From sequence record DRR723986_4209: DNA of 38,231 nucleotides. One strand, given 5' to 3'. Shown here piece after piece: positions 12,936 through 22,361 of the stretch (positions are counted from its first letter, which is position 1; each line of letters begins with the position of its first letter). The notes under the pieces were generated by a model. The model made no database searches and was not told where the DNA came from. It saw only the letters and a list, made by a program, of their open reading frames with translations. Position numbers and translations under genes: made by a program.

Positions 12936-13799
12936 TTAAAGATACTGCAGTACCAAACCCGCAAACAGCGCGGCGCCCAACCAGTTGTTGTGAAGAAAAG
13001 CTTTGAAGCACAGCGCACGGTCGCGATTACGGATCAGCATGAAGTGATAGGCCGCAATACCCACGGCACATACCCAGCCCAGCCAAAAAGCTGGGCCAAA
13101 GGCCAGTGAACTGGCCACCCAGGCCCACATTAAAAGGCTGGCTGCGTAGCACAACACAATGCCCAGTACATCATACCGGCCCAAGGTAATTGCTGCGGTT
13201 TTAATATTGAGTTTCAAATCATCGGGCTTGTCGACCAAGGCGTATTCCGTGTCGTAAGCCACCGTCCAAAATACATTGGCTACAAACACAAGCCAGGCGT
13301 GCAGGGGCACACTGCCCTGCACCGCCACAAAAGCCATTGGAATCGAAAAACCAAAAGCAATGCCAAGGTAGGCCTGTGGCATGGGAAAAAAGCGTTTGGT
13401 AAACGGGTAGCTGCCCGCCAGAAAGGCAGCAGGAATACTCATCAAAATGACAGACCAACCGAGAGGTAAAGTGATCAGCAAAGCCAAAACAGCCAAGCCA
13501 GCGGCCAGCAACAGGGCCTCTTTTTCACCAATCCGGCCACTGGTCAAAGGCCTGTTGCGGGTTCGCTCCACATGCAAATCAATGTCACGATCGGCATAAT
13601 CGTTAATGGCGCAACCCGCCGACCGCATTAACACCACGCCAGCGATAAATATCAGCATCACATGCCAAGGTGGCATACCTTCGGCCGCCATCCACAAGCC
13701 CCACAACGTAGGCCACATCAACAGCAAAATCCCGATGGGCTTATCCAAACGCAGAAGCAGGTAATAGTCTCGCAGGCGCGCCTTACTCAGAACTGCCAT
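12936..13799 (-). CDS. ubiA: 4-hydroxybenzoate polyprenyltransferase
   Basis: RLDKPIG, RSAGCAINDYADRDID, RTRNRPL, YPFTKRF, AYDTEYALVDKPDD. Confidence 0.96.
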   Translation of the reverse strand: MAVLSKARLRDYYLLLRLDKPIGILLLMWPTLWGLWMAAEGMPPWHVMLIFIAGVVLMRSAGCAINDYADRDIDLHVERTRNRPLTSGRIGEKEALLLAAGLAVLALLITLPLGWSVILMSIPAAFLAGSYPFTKRFFPMPQAYLGIAFGFSIPMAFVAVQGSVPLHAWLVFVANVFWTVAYDTEYALVDKPDDLKLNIKTAAITLGRYDVLGIVLCYAASLLMWAWVASSLAFGPAFWLGWVCAVGIAAYHFMLIRNRDRALCFKAFLHNNWLGAALFAGLVLQYL

Positions 13800-13802
13800 C
13801 GA

Positions 13803-14747
13803 TTAACGCACCATTTGGGGGGCATCCAGAAACTCCACACCGTTTAGGTCGCATTCCATGATTGCATCGCGCAAAGCATCCAAGGCCTCACGTCGCCCAA
13901 AGCTCTTGCGCCACACCAGTGCAACCGTGCGTCGTGTGTCGTCGTCGGCCAGCGGAATGTAAGTCAATAAACTTTCCTTTGGAACCGGATTTGGCACTGA
14001 ACTTGAAGGCAATACAGTGATCCCGACACCTGAAGCAACCATGTGGCGAATCGTTTCCAGCGAACTACCCTCGAAGGTACGTTGAATACCTTCCGAGGAT
14101 TGAGAGAATCGGGACAATTCCGGACACACACCCAAGACCTGGTCCCTGAAACAGTGGCCAGTGCCAAGCAGAAGCATATTCTCGCTGCGAAGGTCATCGG
14201 ACTTGATTGCTTTTTCATTGGCCCAACGGTGAGACTTTGGCAAAGCCACCATGAAGGGCTCATCGTACAAAGGCTGAATCACAAAACCCGATTCATTAAT
14301 CGGCAGCGCCAAAACCGCCACATCAATCTCACCCTGTTTCAATAATTCGAGCAGGCGCACTGTGAAATTTTCCTGCAACACAAGTGGCATGGATGGAACA
14401 CGCTCGATCATGCTGGAGACCAGGCCTGGCAATAAATAAGGGCCAATGGTATAAATCACACCAACACGCAGCGGACCTGCCAACGGATCCATACCTTGCT
14501 GGGCGATACTTTTGATGGCAGATGCTTCCTCAAGCACCCGCTGCGCCTGGACCACAATGCGCTCACCCACTGGTGTCAACGACACCTCGTTGGAACCTCT
14601 TTCAAACAGAGACACGCTTAGTTCTTCTTCAAGCTTCTTGATGGCTACGGACAAGGTTGGCTGACTAACAAAACAGGCGTCAGCGGCGCGGCCAAAATGC
14701 TTTTCACGAGCCAGAGCAACTATGTACTTGAGTTCAGTAAGGGTCAT
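13803..14747 (-). CDS. oxyR: LysR-family H2O2-sensing regulator OxyR
   Basis: HTH HFGRAADACFVSQPTLS, TIGPYLLP, redox pair GHCFRDQVLGVC (C-X8-C), SSLETIRHMVASG. Confidence 0.93.
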   Translation of the reverse strand: MTLTELKYIVALAREKHFGRAADACFVSQPTLSVAIKKLEEELSVSLFERGSNEVSLTPVGERIVVQAQRVLEEASAIKSIAQQGMDPLAGPLRVGVIYTIGPYLLPGLVSSMIERVPSMPLVLQENFTVRLLELLKQGEIDVAVLALPINESGFVIQPLYDEPFMVALPKSHRWANEKAIKSDDLRSENMLLLGTGHCFRDQVLGVCPELSRFSQSSEGIQRTFEGSSLETIRHMVASGVGITVLPSSSVPNPVPKESLLTYIPLADDDTRRTVALVWRKSFGRREALDALRDAIMECDLNGVEFLDAPQMVR

Positions 14748-14828
14748 TTAATTTTGCTATCAAAACTGCGAATGTAATTATTATTGCAAACACGGCCCTA
14801 TCAAGCAACAGATCTTTTGTTACAAACC

Positions 14829-16814
14829 CTATAGCCGCATTGGCAAAATCACCATTTGCTGACCAGCGTTGTGCAAACGGCGTTGAAGTTCCAGCGCGGC
14901 CTGATTGTGCAAGAAGCGGGTCAGAATATTTTCATTTTCAAAGACCAATTTGCTGGTGAAGAAAATTGCATTGGGGTGATTTTCAGCGACCACTTTTGCC
15001 AGGTTAGTCAACTCTTCAACTGCGTCCGTTCCGAAAGACAGATAGCTTTTTGCACGCAAGCCGTGACTGCGGCAAAAATTGACAAAGTAATTCAAAGAAA
15101 CAGAAGCGTCCACCCGCATGGCTTCCAGTGCCTCTCTTCCGCCGTAAGCCTTGGAATCCACTGTGCGAGCGTTCATGAACACAAAATTTTGAAAGTGATT
15201 GGGAAACATGCGCTGCACCCATAGCAAGGCATGTAAACCTCCACCGCGACTGTTGCCCACAATGAATACCGCCGTGTTGCCCTCGGGAATCAACTCAGGT
15301 GGCGAGTGCGCAGAGCCATATTGCGCCATGGCGAACACCTCATCAATCTTCGCAATTTTTTCCTTGGTTTCCCTGTAATGGTTGCGTACCCACAAACACA
15401 CCAACACCACCACCGTGGTAATCAGCATGGTGATCCAGCCACCTTGAAAAAACTGCGTAATGATGGTGCCCAACAAAATGGATGCTGAGACAGCAAAACC
15501 AAGTGACGCGGACAGAAACCCTTTGACGAAGCGTTTTTCGTGTCGGTTCTTTAGCCAGTAAACACAAAGTCCCAACATGGACAGGCTAAATACAATGAAC
15601 ACATTGATGGAGAACAGAACCACCAACAAATCGACATTCGCATCGCTCAGGTAAATGGCCAACAAAGCCAAGCCACCCATCAGCATGATGCCGTTTTTGG
15701 TCACAAAGCGATTGGACAAATAACGAAACTGGTGAGGCAACCATGAATCAATTGCCATGGTCGACAACACCCGCGGCCCCACCGCAAATGCCACATGGGC
15801 GGCCAGCAACAGCACTGCCGTCTCCAGTCCCAGCATCACCAGCAAACCCAGAATAACGTAGGGCCAGTCCCAGCCAAGATCAGTGAACACCCTTTCAAAC
15901 AACACACCATTCAAGGCCATGGTAGGTTCAAGGTTCACGTCCCAGAGCAAATACAAGGCGGCCAAACTGGCAGCGGCGAAGGCCAGCGCACAGGCAACAT
16001 AGGCCAACATCTTCCGACGGTTTTCACTACTCTGCCGGTAGCGGCTTAATTGCACCGTATCGGATGCGGCTTCAATACCAGTGTATGTGCCTCCACCCAG
16101 AAAAAACCCCCGCGCAAAAATTGCCAAAACCGGCAACCAGCCCAAGGTACTTAAATCGGACTCGGTGGTTTCAATGCTGCGCTTGACTACCCCGCCAATG
16201 TCCTGAAAGTGATCAGAGAAACCCACGAGAATAAAAACCAGATGGGTTAACAGAAACGCCACAAACAAGTACTTAAAAGGCTTTAAGTTCAGGTGTCGAC
16301 CCTGAATGTGGAAATTCATCAAACCAAGCATCAAAGCCATGGAGACCCACACCCGGTATTCATAAAAGTACGGTGGCAAGAAACTGAACATCAAGTGGGT
16401 GGACGCACTAATGCCCAAAGCTACCATCAGCACATAGTCAACCAACAAGGCGGCACCCGCGATTAGACCAACCTTGGGGCCCAGCAAATTCGTGGCCATG
16501 GCGTAGCCACCACCACCTTTCGGGAAAAGCTCGGTGACACGGAAATAGGTGAGAGAAACCAGGAGAATGGACAGGGCTGTCAACAAGCCCAAAAACAAGA
16601 GCAAATGGCGCGATTCGCCCAGTGCCTTGAATGATTCTTCAGGACCGAAAGCCACTGACGCCAAACCACACGCCCCTACAGCAACCCAGGCGTATTTCTC
16701 CGAGAAGATATCGTCACGCTCATCGGCCTCAAGGGCAGTTGATGTCGACCGGGGCAAGGCAGATTGTTGGCCAGGCGAAGTGTTGGGCTTGCCTGACTTT
16801 TGGGTTTGACTCAT
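14829..16814 (-). CDS. APC-superfamily permease, KimA/YdaO-like
   Basis: FPKGGGGY, GLIAGAALLVDY, TGIEA, about 12 TM segments plus a cytoplasmic C-terminal domain ending FLHNQAALELQRRL; ATG at 16814 preferred over the longest-ORF start at 16880. Confidence 0.8.
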   Translation of the reverse strand: MSQTQKSGKPNTSPGQQSALPRSTSTALEADERDDIFSEKYAWVAVGACGLASVAFGPEESFKALGESRHLLLFLGLLTALSILLVSLTYFRVTELFPKGGGGYAMATNLLGPKVGLIAGAALLVDYVLMVALGISASTHLMFSFLPPYFYEYRVWVSMALMLGLMNFHIQGRHLNLKPFKYLFVAFLLTHLVFILVGFSDHFQDIGGVVKRSIETTESDLSTLGWLPVLAIFARGFFLGGGTYTGIEAASDTVQLSRYRQSSENRRKMLAYVACALAFAAASLAALYLLWDVNLEPTMALNGVLFERVFTDLGWDWPYVILGLLVMLGLETAVLLLAAHVAFAVGPRVLSTMAIDSWLPHQFRYLSNRFVTKNGIMLMGGLALLAIYLSDANVDLLVVLFSINVFIVFSLSMLGLCVYWLKNRHEKRFVKGFLSASLGFAVSASILLGTIITQFFQGGWITMLITTVVVLVCLWVRNHYRETKEKIAKIDEVFAMAQYGSAHSPPELIPEGNTAVFIVGNSRGGGLHALLWVQRMFPNHFQNFVFMNARTVDSKAYGGREALEAMRVDASVSLNYFVNFCRSHGLRAKSYLSFGTDAVEELTNLAKVVAENHPNAIFFTSKLVFENENILTRFLHNQAALELQRRLHNAGQQMVILPMRL

Positions 16815-16947
16815 GCGTACATTGCAGCGCAACAAACAAGTCGAGTATGGTATACCGTCCCCATAGGCAACACAATGCACCTCTCGGCGTTATCATTGCA
16901 ACTGAACCAATTTAGATCCATTTACCCAAACATTAACTGCACTCAAA

Positions 16948-17331
16948 ATGACCCAAGCCACCGTCGTTTCCACATCCAAAGCCCCCGCCGCAATCGGCCC
17001 TTACAGCCAAGCCATTAAACTTGGCAACCTGGTATTCACATCGGGACAAATTGGGCTGAATCCCGCAACAGGCGACCTCATAGGGAACAGCACCGAAGAG
17101 CAGGCACGCCAGGCCTTTAGCAATTTGAAAGCAGTTGCCGAAGAGGCCGGCGGCAGTCTGGCCAATGTCGTGAAATTCACTTTGTTTTTGACGGATCTGA
17201 GTGAATTCGCCCAAGTCAACGCGATCATGCAGGAATATGTGTCTGCCCCTTACCCGGCCCGGTCGACGGTGGGTGTCACCAGTTTGCCCAAGGGCGCACG
17301 CTTCGAAGTTGAAGCCATTTTGGCCCTGTAA
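16948..17331 (+). CDS. ridA: RidA family enamine/imine deaminase
   Basis: APAAIGPYSQA, TSGQI, PYPARSTVGV, LPKGARFEVEAI. Confidence 0.93.
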   Translation: MTQATVVSTSKAPAAIGPYSQAIKLGNLVFTSGQIGLNPATGDLIGNSTEEQARQAFSNLKAVAEEAGGSLANVVKFTLFLTDLSEFAQVNAIMQEYVSAPYPARSTVGVTSLPKGARFEVEAILAL

Positions 17332-17352
17332 CAGCGCGCTACTGCCAAACAC

Positions 17353-19464
17353 TTGACCGCAGCAGACCCCAATCACAGACAAGGCTTTAAAGAGCTGCTG
17401 CCGCTGCCCCTGTCTATTGCAGACGCAGTAGGTGGCTTGCTCACCGCACCTCACTGGATGGGATTGGCCCTTCACCTGCCACTGCGCTTTGAAGACAGGG
17501 CCTCGATCACAGCAATGGACTCGCTTGAGGTGGGCAAAAAAGTGAACTTGCTGGCCACCGTGGTTGGTAGTGAAGTGCAATATCACCCCCGCAAGCAACT
17601 GCGTGTTTGGGTCGAAGATGGCGACACCACTTTGCTATTGCGCTGGCTTCATTTTTACCCCGGACTACAGCAAAAACTCAGTGAGGGCACCCGAATCCAG
17701 ATTAGCGGTCAAATCCGGCAAGGTTATGGTACTTTCGAGATGGTTCACCCCACTGTCAAAATTGCCCCGCCTGGCACCCTGGATGAAACCGCCAACCAAA
17801 CAGCGCCAGCGACAAACTCGAATGCCGTACTTGAGCCTGTTTATCCCAGCACCGGGCAATTGAAACAAAGCGACTGGCACCGCTGGATGAAAAAACTGCC
17901 ACCAGAATGCTTCATTGACACCCTGCCTGCCAATCTATGTAAAAAATACAAGCTTCTACCCTGGTCTACAACCTTGCAAACTCTTCATGGCCAGGCAAAT
18001 CCTCGAGAACTCTATGATTTGAATTTGCGTACGCATCCTGCATGGACTCGTGTGAAAGTAGATGAACTACTGGCTCAACAACTGTTACTTCGTGAATACC
18101 GACAACAGCGCACCCAGGAAAAGGCAAGTCCGCTAAAAGCCTTGAAAACCTCAAAAACCAGCTTGGTCCGGCAGTTCTTGGCCCAACTGCCCTTCAAGCT
18201 GACAGGGGCTCAGGAACGAGCCTGCCAGGAAATTTTCGAAGACCTCGCACGCCCCTATCCCATGCAACGATTGCTTCAAGGGGACGTCGGAAGCGGCAAA
18301 ACACTGGTGGCAGCCTTGTCCTGCCTGAGAGCCATCGAGAACGGAAAACAGGCTGCGATTCTGGCCCCTACCGAAGTGTTGGCAGCACAGCATCACCACA
18401 AGCTAACTCCATTGTTCGAAGCTGTGGGCGTGCGCTGCGCGAAACTCCAGGGGGCCATGAAGAAGAGCGAAAAAGAGCGCACGCTGAAATTGCTGGCCGC
18501 TGGCGAAATTGATGTCATCATTGGTACACATGCCCTGGTTCAAGAACATGTCGAGTTCCATGCGCTGGCACTGGTTGTAGTCGATGAACAGCACCGCTTC
18601 GGCGTGGCTCAACGTCTGTCGCTCATTGCCAAGGCAAACGATGGACACCTGGCTCATCAGCTCATGATGAGCGCAACGCCCATCCCACGCACTTTGGCCC
18701 AAACCTATTTATCAGACCTTGCTGTATCCAACCTGGATGAAAAACCACCTGGTAGAAAACCCATCGTGACCAAACTGCTTTCCCAGAAAAAACGAAGTCA
18801 GCTTGTTTCTGCGATTGAAGGTGAAATTAACAAAGGACAGCAGGTGTACTGGGTATGCCCGCTCATTGAAGAAAGCGAGACACTCGATCTCCAAGCGGCA
18901 CAGGCCACCTACACCGACCTGTGCGAACAACTGCCCACAAGACGTATTGGTCTGCTTCATGGCAAACAGGACAACAAATTGAAGCAAACCACCATGGCTG
19001 CATTTGCGGCAGGTGAACTCGACTTACTCGTATCCACTACAGTGATTGAAGTCGGGGTAGATGTTGGCAATGCCAGTTTGATGGTCATTGATCAGGCTGA
19101 ACGTTTTGGCCTGGCCCAACTTCACCAGCTGCGTGGCCGAGTGGGACGCGGCAGTGTGCAAAGTGTTTGCGTACTGCTGTACGGCGGTCCATTGTCAAAT
19201 ACATCCAAATTGCGCCTGAAAGCCATGCATGAAAGCGACGATGGATTTTTTCTGGCGGAAAAAGACCTTGAGATTCGAGGCCCAGGCGAGTTACTGGGCA
19301 AACGGCAATCGGGTTTGCCCATGATGCGTTATGCCGACCCATTGACCGACAAAGACTTGCTGGAGTTGGCCAGAACCCTGGCCCAACAAATGCCGCCAAA
19401 CGCCGACAATACGCGCCGACATATTCAACGATGGATTGAAGAGACGCCTTGGTGGTTAAGTTAG
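17353..19464 (+). CDS. recG: ATP-dependent DNA helicase RecG
   Basis: HLPLRFEDR wedge domain start, LLQGDVGSGKT, DEQHRFGV, MSATPIPRT, QLHQLRGRVGRG, TRG motif DLEIRGPGELLG; TTG start uncertain. Confidence 0.95.
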   Translation: MTAADPNHRQGFKELLPLPLSIADAVGGLLTAPHWMGLALHLPLRFEDRASITAMDSLEVGKKVNLLATVVGSEVQYHPRKQLRVWVEDGDTTLLLRWLHFYPGLQQKLSEGTRIQISGQIRQGYGTFEMVHPTVKIAPPGTLDETANQTAPATNSNAVLEPVYPSTGQLKQSDWHRWMKKLPPECFIDTLPANLCKKYKLLPWSTTLQTLHGQANPRELYDLNLRTHPAWTRVKVDELLAQQLLLREYRQQRTQEKASPLKALKTSKTSLVRQFLAQLPFKLTGAQERACQEIFEDLARPYPMQRLLQGDVGSGKTLVAALSCLRAIENGKQAAILAPTEVLAAQHHHKLTPLFEAVGVRCAKLQGAMKKSEKERTLKLLAAGEIDVIIGTHALVQEHVEFHALALVVVDEQHRFGVAQRLSLIAKANDGHLAHQLMMSATPIPRTLAQTYLSDLAVSNLDEKPPGRKPIVTKLLSQKKRSQLVSAIEGEINKGQQVYWVCPLIEESETLDLQAAQATYTDLCEQLPTRRIGLLHGKQDNKLKQTTMAAFAAGELDLLVSTTVIEVGVDVGNASLMVIDQAERFGLAQLHQLRGRVGRGSVQSVCVLLYGGPLSNTSKLRLKAMHESDDGFFLAEKDLEIRGPGELLGKRQSGLPMMRYADPLTDKDLLELARTLAQQMPPNADNTRRHIQRWIEETPWWLS

Positions 19465-19529
19465 ACAAGAATCCAACAAAGGCCTTGTGTCCGAATGGGA
19501 CAGTGTGCCCATGGTGTGGGCCCACAAAC

Positions 19530-19560
19530 AAAAAGCCAGTTCGCAGTGAACTGGCTTTCT
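19530..19560. terminator. Intrinsic terminator, probably bidirectional, between convergent recG and rplS
   Basis: AAAGCCAGTTC-gcagt-GAACTGGCTTT perfect 11-bp stem with A-tract on the left and T-rich right flank. Confidence 0.85.
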
Positions 19561-19630
19561 GATTGACCCGATGTGGTCGCCTGCTGGTTGAAGTAAACCC
19601 AAGTAAGCGACTTTGAACAGTTACAAACGC

Positions 19631-20011
19631 TTATTCAGCCGATTGTTTGTTCGCACGGTTGGGCAACTTTTCCTTAATACGTGCAGACTTGCCTGAACGA
19701 TCGCGCAGGTAGTACAGCTTGGCACGACGAACGTCACCACGACGCTTCACTTCGATCTTTTCAATCGAGGGTGAATAGAGCTGGAATGTACGCTCTACGC
19801 CTTCGCCAGAGGAAATCTTGCGAACGATAAAAGATGAATTCAGACCACGGTTACGACGGGCGATCACTACGCCTTCGTAAGCTTGCAGACGTGAACGGGT
19901 ACCTTCGATAACGCGAACACTCACGATCACTGTATCGCCAGGGGCGAACTCGGGAATTTCTTTGCCCAAGCGAGCAATTTCTTCTTGCTCAAGTTGTTGA
20001 ATCAAATTCAT
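19631..20011 (-). CDS. rplS: 50S ribosomal protein L19
   Basis: [48 protein letters not shown]; start at MNLIQQ with GGAG SD. Confidence 0.98.
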   Translation of the reverse strand: MNLIQQLEQEEIARLGKEIPEFAPGDTVIVSVRVIEGTRSRLQAYEGVVIARRNRGLNSSFIVRKISSGEGVERTFQLYSPSIEKIEVKRRGDVRRAKLYYLRDRSGKSARIKEKLPNRANKQSAE

Positions 20012-20130
20012 TGATAGCTCCAAGTCATCATTCACGGGCTTTTTTAGCTCAACTAATTGAGTTTGCACCGCCAGAGGATGAGAAAATTAAAAAGTGCTCG
20101 CCTGCCGACTGAATACAAGCAACCACCAAC

Positions 20131-20871
20131 CTAGACCTTCTTGCCAGCCTTGCCGGCCCGATCACTCGAATCCTGAACAAGGTTCTCCAGCAACTCCGGT
20201 CGAAAGCGTTTTGTATAAGCTTTTGCTTGCTCAAAACGCCAACTCTCTATTTTGGCATGATTTCCTGACAAAAGCACGTCCGGAACTACTTTATTTTCAA
20301 AAACTTCCGGACGGGTGTAGTGCGGGCAATCCAGCAGGCCTGCTTCAAATGAATCCTGAGTCGCTGACTGGGCATGATTCAGCACCTCTGGCAGCAAACG
20401 CACCCACGCATCAACAAAACAGGCTACAGCAAGCTCGCCACCTGAAAGCACAAAGTCTCCGAGACAGTAGGTTTGATCGACGTACTCATCGATAAAACGT
20501 TGATCAACCCCTTCATAACGACCACAAAGCAGAATTGCGCCAACGCCTTGACCGCTCAACGCGCGGATGTTCTCCTGTTTGAGCAAAGGACCATGTGGCG
20601 TCAAAAAGACCAAAGGCGCATGGTCACCACGCACAGCTCGAATCGCATTGACACATCGCACCAAAGGCTCCGCCAGCATGACCATGCCCGGACCACCGCC
20701 GTAAGGCCTGTCGTCTACTGTACGATGGGGATCATCCGTAAAATCGCGGGGATTCCAGCAATTCAGTTCAAACAACTGCTTTTTCAAGGCCCTACCGACC
20801 ACACCCAACTCAACCAAATTTGGGAATTGGTCTGGGAAAAGCGTGATCACATCGAAGCGAGGGGATGGCAT
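20131..20871 (-). CDS. trmD: tRNA (guanine37-N1)-methyltransferase
   Basis: VDDRPYGGGPGMVM, CGRYEGVDQR, GDFVLSGGE, DCPHYTRP; ATG overlaps the rimM stop (TAATG). Confidence 0.97.
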   Translation of the reverse strand: MPSPRFDVITLFPDQFPNLVELGVVGRALKKQLFELNCWNPRDFTDDPHRTVDDRPYGGGPGMVMLAEPLVRCVNAIRAVRGDHAPLVFLTPHGPLLKQENIRALSGQGVGAILLCGRYEGVDQRFIDEYVDQTYCLGDFVLSGGELAVACFVDAWVRLLPEVLNHAQSATQDSFEAGLLDCPHYTRPEVFENKVVPDVLLSGNHAKIESWRFEQAKAYTKRFRPELLENLVQDSSDRAGKAGKKV

Positions 20872-21437
20872 TAGTAATCTTCCTGCCAATCCACTTGAAT
20901 TTGTTTGGTCTGCGTGTTTACGTTGATCACGTAAGCCGCTACGAATGGAATCAACATCTCCAGCTCGGCATCGCCCTTGACTGACAGAATAGGATGAGCC
21001 CCGTGGTCAACAACCTGATTGACTGTACCCAACACCCTACCTTCGAGGTTACTTACCTGGCATCCAACCAAATCGACCCAGTAATATTCACCTTCAGCGG
21101 GTGCGGGAAAACGTGCTCGAGATACATAAACCCGACGCCCCTTGAACTGGGCAGCCAGTTCGGGCTGCTCTATGCCCTCCAGGTGCGCAACAATCCGACT
21201 GGAATGCGACTTACTTTGCAACACCCGAAATGGCTCGAAGATGAGATCTTCAAGTTTCGGCTTCACTGCGCGGCGGGCAGCCCCCCCTTCAGAGACGGGC
21301 AAGCGTGAGACCCACCATTGTTTACTTTTCAGCAAAACATCGGGCTCTTCAGATGAAGGCAATACATTGACCCAGCCCCTCAGGCCATAGGGTTCACCAA
21401 TTCGCCCCAGTTCAACCAAATCGTCGGGTACATTCAT
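20871..21437 (-). CDS. rimM: 16S rRNA processing protein RimM
   Basis: GRIGEPYGLRGWV, GEYYWVDLVGC, MLIPFV, VDWQEDY; start at MNVPDD. Confidence 0.95.
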   Translation of the reverse strand: MNVPDDLVELGRIGEPYGLRGWVNVLPSSEEPDVLLKSKQWWVSRLPVSEGGAARRAVKPKLEDLIFEPFRVLQSKSHSSRIVAHLEGIEQPELAAQFKGRRVYVSRARFPAPAEGEYYWVDLVGCQVSNLEGRVLGTVNQVVDHGAHPILSVKGDAELEMLIPFVAAYVINVNTQTKQIQVDWQEDY

Positions 21438-21469
21438 GCGCAGCGTCCACAATGCGAAACCATACATCC

Positions 21470-21506
21470 AAAAACAAAAGTCCGCGAACGTTATATCCAC
21501 GGACTT
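21470..21506 (-). terminator. Intrinsic terminator-like hairpin between rpsP and rimM
   Basis: Minus strand AAGUCCGUGGA-UAUAACG-UUCGCGGACUU (11 bp including two G-U pairs) followed by UUGUUUUU. Confidence 0.65.
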
Positions 21507-21573
21507 CGTAAAACAACCTGCCTCTAGCTTGTATTAGCCGGAGCTAACCGGTCCCTGTACAGAGAGAGGGGTA

Positions 21574-21828
21574 TCAGGCAGCTTGCTTGGCGTTGTACTC
21601 ACCAACCAGGCGCTCTACTGTAGACGAGCATTGCGCGCCAACGCTTTTCCAGTATGTCAGGCGATCCATGGCGATACGCAGGCCTTCAGAACCTTCTGGT
21701 GCTACAGGATTGTAGAAGCCGATGCGCTCGATGAAACGGCCATCGCGACGGTTGCGTGAATCAGCAGCCACCAGGCTATAAAATGGGCGCTTTTTAGAAC
21801 CACCACGTGCGAGTCGAATGACGACCAT
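21574..21828 (-). CDS. rpsP: 30S ribosomal protein S16
   Basis: [40 protein letters not shown]. Confidence 0.98.
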   Translation of the reverse strand: MVVIRLARGGSKKRPFYSLVAADSRNRRDGRFIERIGFYNPVAPEGSEGLRIAMDRLTYWKSVGAQCSSTVERLVGEYNAKQAA

Positions 21829-21925
21829 AATTTCCTCTATTAAATTGATGCCTGCAGCACAAACCTTGGCCACTGCAAACGAATGAATCATTGGGATTTC
21901 GACACACGAAATCCGATAACCCGCT

Positions 21926-21954
21926 ATTATAGCTAGCGTAATTCAATCTAACAA
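21926..21954 (-). promoter_or_regulatory. sigma70 promoter of the rpsP operon
   Basis: Minus strand TTGTTA-N17-TATAAT about 100 bp upstream of the rpsP start. Confidence 0.65.
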
Positions 21955-21969
21955 GCAGTGTTTTAAAAA

Positions 21970-22323
21970 ATGAATGCATCACCCCAAGAACCGTTCAAAT
22001 CAAAGCTTTTGTTTTGCTGGTTAGCCCTGCTCACTGGCGCCATTGGTGGCCACTGGATTTACGCTGGCAAAAAACGTTTCTGGTTTTACATGCTGACATT
22101 CCCGTTGTCCGCATTTGCCGGCTGGATAGATACCATGCGCTACGGCTTGATGAAAGACGAACAGTTCAATGCATTGCTGAACCCCGAATACCCCGCTGAC
22201 ATCCGACAAACCACAGGTGCGGTGGTGGTCTCCATCGCATTGTCGCTGGCTTTTGGCATGACCGCATTAATGGCCACCCTGGCCATGGTGTTTCAATGGT
22301 ACTTCAGCGGCATAGTAAGCTGA
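21970..22323 (+). CDS. TM2/NINE-domain small membrane protein
   Basis: KSKLLFCWLALLTGAIGGHWIYAG resembles the TM2 motif; WIDTMRYGLMKDEQFN; three hydrophobic segments. Confidence 0.75.
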   Translation: MNASPQEPFKSKLLFCWLALLTGAIGGHWIYAGKKRFWFYMLTFPLSAFAGWIDTMRYGLMKDEQFNALLNPEYPADIRQTTGAVVVSIALSLAFGMTALMATLAMVFQWYFSGIVS

Positions 22324-22361
22324 ACAATAAGCCTGGCTGTTGCCACCTGCGCTGTTCAAGC

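Noticed and set aside
16815..16947. c-di-AMP (ydaO) riboswitch upstream of the KimA-like gene
   Set aside because: The spacer is only 133 bp, is shared with the divergent ridA promoter, and shows no recognisable ydaO motifs
19465..19630. Extra hairpins around the recG/rplS terminator as an sRNA or REP element
   Set aside because: Short imperfect stems, not repeated elsewhere in the window; explained as 3' UTR structure
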